This document shows, piece by piece, positions 55,359 through 60,252 of a stretch of DNA of 60,252 nt. The translations under genes were made by a program, and so were the position numbers. The stretch's first letter is position 1. Each line of letters begins with the position of its first letter. This DNA comes from Anaerolineales bacterium (GTDB taxonomy: Bacteria; Chloroflexota; Anaerolineae; Anaerolineales; UBA11579), in NCBI GenBank assembly GCA_016935415.1, contig JAFGRA010000332.1:1-60252 (forward strand). Direction: 5' to 3'. Below the pieces are notes generated by a model. It made no database searches. It was not told where the DNA came from and saw only the letters and a program-made list of their open reading frames with translations.

Positions 55359-57209
55359 TCACTCCCCATCATCCACAGGAAGACCTTCGATTTGCATGAT
55401 CTTGAGCGCGTTTGTCGTTGGCGATGGTCCCTGGCGCAGTTTGTAATCAAAGATCATGCGCTCATTTTCTACTTCTTCCCGAAAATGCAGATTGCAAATG
55501 TCGGTGAATTCTGCCGCCAGTTGCGTCAACTCCAGATCATGCGTTGAAATCACTCCCAAGCCATCTTTTTTAAGCAAAGCGCGCACATATGCCCGGCTAC
55601 CTAACTCGCGTTCACGGTTATTTGTTCCTCGAAAAATCTCGTCAATCAAATAAAACAGCTTAAAGTCATGCCCTTCATCCAAAGCATCTAACAACGCTTT
55701 CAGGCGTTTTACCTCGGCGTAGAAATACGAAATGCCATCGTTGATTGAATCGCTAACCTGAATACAAGTAAACAACCGCAACGGAGCGCAGGCAAATTCC
55801 GCGGCCAACACGGTCCCTCCCGCATAAGCCAGACACAAATTCACGCCCAACGTACGTAGAAAGGTACTCTTGCCGGACATATTCGAACCGGTGATGAGTA
55901 CAACTTCTCCCGACGACCGCATACTGAAATCGTTACACACACGCTCCGCATCAGGGATCAGCGGATGCCCAATCTCTTTCACCGAGAGTAACGGTGAATC
56001 TTGAGATGCCTTTACAATTTCCGGAAAAATACTGCTTGGATTGAGATAAGCAAAATTCGCCAGACTATTGAGTGCCTCTAATTCGTACCAGCGATTCAAC
56101 CAATCGGGCAACGTGAGTTTGATGCGCGCCTTGAAAGATTCGAGCAAATATAAAAAGAACAAGTCCCAGGGCACAACCGAGTTCACAATCATCCACAAGA
56201 TTTGATTGCGCTGCAAACTGGCCGCTGACGCGATCCCCATGATTCGGCGCAATACTTTCGAGGGTTTATCTTTCGCGTCCCAGAACGGCTGGCAGAGTGC
56301 TGCCAGGTTTGGTGAACCCGCATAGGAATAACGCTCGAGAAAAGCCAACACGGCCCGGAATTTCTCCAAGGTGCGCGCCAGAAAATATGCCTGGTCAAAT
56401 AACTCTTTTAAATCGTTGAAGCGCGTGATCTGTAAGAAGAAATACATCCCCAGCGTAAGTATCCAATACGGGGGGATGATCTGCAGCACGCTCAAGACAA
56501 AGAGAATCACGTTCAGTACTGCCAACACGCCCGAAAAGACCAATGTTAATTTGATCGGCAGAAGATTCAAGCTATGATCTTCCAGCCAGGCCAGCAGCGC
56601 TTCACCATCCCAACGCGTCGCGTCTTCCCCAGATACCAACTTACCATTCAAGATCAACCGGCTGCGAAAAGCGCGCAAGGGGATGAGTTCACCAATCAAA
56701 TCCCGATGGTGCGCGATCTCGTCGAGATCGGGTTCTGTTTCCAGCAGCCAACGATGTAATCGCGCACTACCATTGCGGGAAAGCGTCGTATCCAACAATC
56801 TAAATATCGACTTCTCACCAGTAATATTTAGATCAAGCGCAAAGGGATGATCATCCGCCACCATAAACTTGGTTGATGCGGGGATACGAGCCCAATCCAA
56901 TTGCATGCGCGCTTCCTGGGTTAAAGTCCAATCCCGAGCAATCTGGAAACGCAAGCTGCTGCGCTCTAATTTTCGATTCAAATACACCACCCAACCAAAA
57001 AGGGTTGCCCAGGTAATGCCAACCATTAGCGTCATCCACAATGCACCGAACTGTGCCGGATACAGAAAGGCCAACAACCCAAGCACAAAAACAAACAAGC
57101 GCAGCCAGGTAAAACGGCGTTTGTACACCTCGAATTTCGTCAATGCGCGATTCAACTGGTTGACGTGGTGTTTGAAAGCGCGCAGGCGAGCGTGTTTTTT
57201 ATCCATCAA
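55359..57209 (-). CDS. membrane-associated MutS-related ATPase (MutS domain V only)
   Basis: Several predicted TM helices in the N-terminal half. The C-terminal MutS ATPase carries GSNMSGKST Walker A, DEIFRGTN and STHD. 4-nt overlap with the upstream oxidoreductase gene. Confidence 0.8.
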   Translation of the reverse strand: MMDKKHARLRAFKHHVNQLNRALTKFEVYKRRFTWLRLFVFVLGLLAFLYPAQFGALWMTLMVGITWATLFGWVVYLNRKLERSSLRFQIARDWTLTQEARMQLDWARIPASTKFMVADDHPFALDLNITGEKSIFRLLDTTLSRNGSARLHRWLLETEPDLDEIAHHRDLIGELIPLRAFRSRLILNGKLVSGEDATRWDGEALLAWLEDHSLNLLPIKLTLVFSGVLAVLNVILFVLSVLQIIPPYWILTLGMYFFLQITRFNDLKELFDQAYFLARTLEKFRAVLAFLERYSYAGSPNLAALCQPFWDAKDKPSKVLRRIMGIASAASLQRNQILWMIVNSVVPWDLFFLYLLESFKARIKLTLPDWLNRWYELEALNSLANFAYLNPSSIFPEIVKASQDSPLLSVKEIGHPLIPDAERVCNDFSMRSSGEVVLITGSNMSGKSTFLRTLGVNLCLAYAGGTVLAAEFACAPLRLFTCIQVSDSINDGISYFYAEVKRLKALLDALDEGHDFKLFYLIDEIFRGTNNRERELGSRAYVRALLKKDGLGVISTHDLELTQLAAEFTDICNLHFREEVENERMIFDYKLRQGPSPTTNALKIMQIEGLPVDDGE

Positions 57210-58402
57210 AATGATTTCCCCATCTCTTCATCTCCGGAACGGGGTGCATGCACTGGCTTCTGAAAGTCAGAATTCTCGATCAATTCTCGCAGTTTAACTT
57301 CATAAGCATCGCCATCCAACGGCAACGAGACTTGTTGGCGGGTCAACGCCGAATAAAGTATGGCGTTGGCCAACATGATCGAATGCAATCCCTCGACCGC
57401 CGGTGCAATCAATGCTTTCTCGTTTGCAATCGCACGCGCGAAATTCTCGATTACAAAGCGATGCCCCGGCTCCCCATGATGCGTATATGGTACATCGATC
57501 ACCCAATTCTCGACCTTGTCATATGCACCAGAAGCGTGCTTGATCTGCTCCAGGGCTGAATACCGGTTCCGGTAGAAAGTAAGCTTGCCATCTTCGAAGA
57601 CCAGTTTGCCATTCTCGCCCACAATTTCCAGCCGATTCGTCCCCGGCGATTCCGCCGTGGTAGTGATGAAATGCCCCACCATGCCGTTATCGTGCTCGAA
57701 GACCGCTGTCACTTCGTCTTCCACCTCGATGTTATGGTACTTACCCAGCGCCGCGAACCCGCTCACACGCTGCGGCATACCCACGAACCACTGGTACAGA
57801 TCGATATTATGTGGGCATTGATTGAGCAGCACACCGCCACCCTCGCCTTGCCAGGTTGCCCGCCAGCCACCGCCGTCATAATAGCTTTGCGTCCGGTACC
57901 AATCCGTGATGATCCAAGTTGTACGCAGCAGACGGCCTAATTCCCCATCATCGAGTAACGCCTTGATCTTCTGCCAGAAGCCGTATGTACGCTGTTGAAA
58001 CATCGCCGAAAAAACCAACTCCGGGTATTGCTCCAAAGCTTTCTCATAAGCGGCGATCATCTTCTGGGCATCATTCACATGTACAGCGATTGGTTTTTCG
58101 GTCAGCACGTGAATACCTTTTTTCAGCGCCGCAATGCTGATCGGGGTATGATCGTAATGCGGCGTCGCCACGATCACGCCATCGACCTCTGCCTCCGCCA
58201 GCATTTTTGAATAATCGAAGTAAACTTTTGCGTCATAGAGTTCCCCAATAATTTGAGCGCGCGCCTCATCAATGTCACAGACTGCCACTAATTTTGTCAA
58301 ATCCGATTCGTAAACATCCCGGGCGTGTAAAGCCCCCATCACTCCCACTCCAATCACACCGACCTTCACCTTTGTATGCCCATTTTCCATGTTAGCCTCC
58401 AT
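57206..58402 (-). CDS. Gfo/Idh/MocA family oxidoreductase
   Basis: N-terminal Rossmann motif VGVIGVGVMG and an EKP motif (LTEKPIA). Confidence 0.88.
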   Translation of the reverse strand: MEANMENGHTKVKVGVIGVGVMGALHARDVYESDLTKLVAVCDIDEARAQIIGELYDAKVYFDYSKMLAEAEVDGVIVATPHYDHTPISIAALKKGIHVLTEKPIAVHVNDAQKMIAAYEKALEQYPELVFSAMFQQRTYGFWQKIKALLDDGELGRLLRTTWIITDWYRTQSYYDGGGWRATWQGEGGGVLLNQCPHNIDLYQWFVGMPQRVSGFAALGKYHNIEVEDEVTAVFEHDNGMVGHFITTTAESPGTNRLEIVGENGKLVFEDGKLTFYRNRYSALEQIKHASGAYDKVENWVIDVPYTHHGEPGHRFVIENFARAIANEKALIAPAVEGLHSIMLANAILYSALTRQQVSLPLDGDAYEVKLRELIENSDFQKPVHAPRSGDEEMGKSF

Positions 58403-58451
58403 AGACTTCGCAACGCAATTATACCGCTCGCAAATTGATTATTGAATTGCC

Positions 58452-58480
58452 TTGATGGTTAGGCTTCTTTGTGCTACAAT
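58452..58480 (+). promoter_or_regulatory. sigma70 promoter with extended -10 for the his leader
   Basis: TTGATG (58452-58457), 17 nt spacer, TGc-TACAAT (58472-58480). Confidence 0.6.
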
Positions 58481-58490
58481 CGGCCCCATT

Positions 58491-58577
58491 ATGCAAAACC
58501 AACCAACAACCTTGCACCTCCACCACCATCATCACCATTATGATAACCGGCCATCCCACCGGGCAGGATTGTTTTAA
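58491..58577 (+). CDS. hisL: his operon leader peptide (28 aa, 7 His, six consecutive)
   Basis: ATG at 58491 reads MQNQPTTLHLHHHHHHYDNRPSHRAGLF and stops at a TAA. It lies between the promoter and the terminator directly upstream of hisG. Confidence 0.8.
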   Translation: MQNQPTTLHLHHHHHHYDNRPSHRAGLF

Positions 58578-58614
58578 GGTTTTCGCAAACCAGTTGCTAT
58601 TTCGCACATCAATC

Positions 58615-58646
58615 AAACGCTCCGGTGACGGAGCGTTTTTTATTTT
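58615..58646 (+). terminator. attenuator terminator upstream of hisG
   Basis: AAACGCTCCG-GTGA-CGGAGCGTTT 10-bp stem followed by TTTATTTT. The hisG RBS GGAG follows immediately. Confidence 0.85.
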
Positions 58647-58655
58647 GGAGACGAC

Positions 58656-59654
58656 ATGGAAGAAAATGGTATTCGCATTTCATTACCCAGCAAGGGCCGG
58701 TTAGCGGAAGAGGCCCTCGAACTACTGGCAGACGCCGGGTTACGCGTCTACAAGCCCAACCCGCGCCAATACATGGCGAAGATTCCCAGCCTACCAGAAC
58801 TCACTGTGATCTTCCAACGCCCTGGCGACATCGTGGTCAGCGTGCGCGATGGCAGTGTAGATTTCGGCATCACCGGCTGGGACATGTATTCTGAACTGCG
58901 CGGCACCAACGGGCTGACCCTTGCTTTGCACGCCAAGTTGGGCTTTGGTACCTGCACCCTCAATGTGATCGTGCCGGAAAACTGGAACGACATTACCAAC
59001 CTTGAAGACCTGAAAGCCCTGGCCGTCCGCGAGAATAATACCTTGCGGGTTGCCACCAAATTCCCCAACCTGACCCGCAAATTCTTTTCCGAAAATGGCC
59101 TGGATAACATCGAGTTGATCTTTGCCGAAGGCACCCTAGAAATCGCCCCTACCGTTGGTTACGCCGACCTGATCGTCGACCTGGTTTCCACCGGCACCAC
59201 ATTGCGCGACAACCGCCTGAAAGTGCTCACCGGGGGCCAAATCATCAAGTCACAGGCTTGCCTGATCGCCAATAAGACCAGCTTGAAGACCAATCCTAAA
59301 GCGTTGGCGATTGCCCGTCAGCTATTGGAATTCATTGTCGCGCACCTGCGCGCCATGGAAAACCTTTCCGTATTTGCCAACATCCGCAGTGATTCGCCGG
59401 AACAGATTGCCGATGCGCTATTCTCCAAGAAAGTGATTGGCGGCTTGCAAGGCCCCACGCTTTCCCCGGTCATCACCCGCGACCGGGAAAACTGGTACGC
59501 CGTCCACCTCGTCGTGCGTAAAGACCAGATGGCCCAGGCTATTTCAGAACTACGCGAGATCGGTGGCAGCGGATTGATCGTTGCCCCGGTGCGCTATATC
59601 TTCGAAGAAGAACCCCAAGAATTCAAAGCCATGCTCGCTGCATTGGAGGAATAA
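58656..59654 (+). CDS. hisG: ATP phosphoribosyltransferase (long form with regulatory domain)
   Basis: IRISLPSKGRL and GDIVVSVRDGSVDFGITG motifs. The C-terminal ~90 aa are a HisG-C-like domain. Confidence 0.9.
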   Translation: MEENGIRISLPSKGRLAEEALELLADAGLRVYKPNPRQYMAKIPSLPELTVIFQRPGDIVVSVRDGSVDFGITGWDMYSELRGTNGLTLALHAKLGFGTCTLNVIVPENWNDITNLEDLKALAVRENNTLRVATKFPNLTRKFFSENGLDNIELIFAEGTLEIAPTVGYADLIVDLVSTGTTLRDNRLKVLTGGQIIKSQACLIANKTSLKTNPKALAIARQLLEFIVAHLRAMENLSVFANIRSDSPEQIADALFSKKVIGGLQGPTLSPVITRDRENWYAVHLVVRKDQMAQAISELREIGGSGLIVAPVRYIFEEEPQEFKAMLAALEE

Positions 59655-60252
59655 ATGCTTAATATCTACGATGTCCCTACAGCCCAGAACACCATCCTGA
59701 AACGCATCCCGCTGCACACCAAAACCTATCCGCCACGCCTGGTCAAGAGCGTCGAAGCTTTATTCGGCAAAGGCGTTACCCCCGCCGGTGCCGTCAGCAT
59801 CATCCTGGAATCGATCAGCCAAGACGGAGACGCCGCCCTACGAAAATGGTCAAGTCTGATCGATAAGACCGAATTAGAAGATTTCCGTATCCCATCAGCA
59901 GACCTCAAAGCCGCCTACAAAAACCTGGACCCATCTTTACTGGCCGCCTTACAACTCGCCGTCCAACGCATCCGCCAGTTCCACGAACACCAACCGCTGC
60001 CCAATTGGGAGACGGACAAGCTGGGCGGCATCCTTGGGCAACGCGTCACCGCCGTGGAAAAAGCCGGCGTTTACGTCCCCGGCGGCACTGCCCCGCTGCC
60101 CTCTTCCCTCTTGATGTCCGTCATTCCAGCCCAGGTCGCCGGAGTCGAGCAGATCATCGTTTGCACGCCGCCCAATCCGCACGCGAGCATCCTGGCCTGC
60201 GGTTACCTGTGCGGCATCGACCAGGTCTACCAACTTGGCGGCGCACAGGCAA
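59655..60252 (+). CDS. hisD: histidinol dehydrogenase, N-terminal part (runs off right edge)
   Basis: My manual translation from the ATG at 59655 (abutting the hisG TAA) gives ...GVYVPGGTAPLPSSLLMSVIPAQVAGV..., the HisD signature. It is open to the window end. Confidence 0.88.
   Translation, partial: MLNIYDVPTAQNTILKRIPLHTKTYPPRLVKSVEALFGKGVTPAGAVSIILESISQDGDAALRKWSSLIDKTELEDFRIPSADLKAAYKNLDPSLLAALQLAVQRIRQFHEHQPLPNWETDKLGGILGQRVTAVEKAGVYVPGGTAPLPSSLLMSVIPAQVAGVEQIIVCTPPNPHASILACGYLCGIDQVYQLGGAQA

Noticed and set aside
1-60252. CRISPR arrays, rRNA genes, IS elements and toxin-antitoxin or defence-island signatures.
   Set aside because: I saw no regularly spaced direct repeats, rRNA-like conserved blocks, transposase or nuclease-helicase gene sets. 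The accessory-looking genes are metabolic.

Overview
Bacterial chromosomal window, roughly 50% GC by eye, with most genes on the minus strand. The anaerobic gene content and T-box use could fit a Chloroflexota-like acetogenic or hydrogenotrophic organism, but taxonomy cannot be verified from this sequence.

Left part (1-14.1 kb):
- A trpE-G-D-C operon sits behind a Trp-specific T-box leader.
- Next come two small genes, a tRNA(CAT), a fused 2Fe-2S/molybdopterin hydroxylase and an alpha/beta hydrolase.
- An orphan tyrosine recombinase has a lox/dif-like 14-6-14 site in its 5' leader.
- A polyphosphate module follows (CHAD, ppk1, ppk2).

Centre (14.1-40.1 kb): a large Wood-Ljungdahl and electron-bifurcation supercluster made of four units.
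- hdrC-hdrB-hdrA-mvhD-mvhG-mvhA, followed by a maturation protease and a cNMP-domain protein.
- A divergent MetE-like zinc methyltransferase.
- A metV::metF fusion, a conserved hypothetical and two cooC genes.
- Malic enzyme plus a degenerate TrxR-like flavoprotein.
- An acs operon: HMA-like protein, acsA(cooS), acsB::acsD fusion, acsC, corrinoid activase, acsE.
- A shared palindrome (consensus AAGTGACATATGTCA) lies upstream of three of these operons.

Right part (40.4-60.3 kb):
- glgC, plsC-like gene, lipid kinase, adenine deaminase, CapA-like lipoprotein, CPBP protease, AIM24-family protein, SAM hydrolase and an SLC13 permease.
- An amino-acid ABC transporter preceded by an orphan promoter-sORF-terminator unit.
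- A membrane MutS-like ATPase coupled to a Gfo/Idh/MocA oxidoreductase.
- hisG-hisD preceded by a classic His-rich leader-peptide attenuator.

No CRISPR array, rRNA or obvious transposon or prophage was seen.
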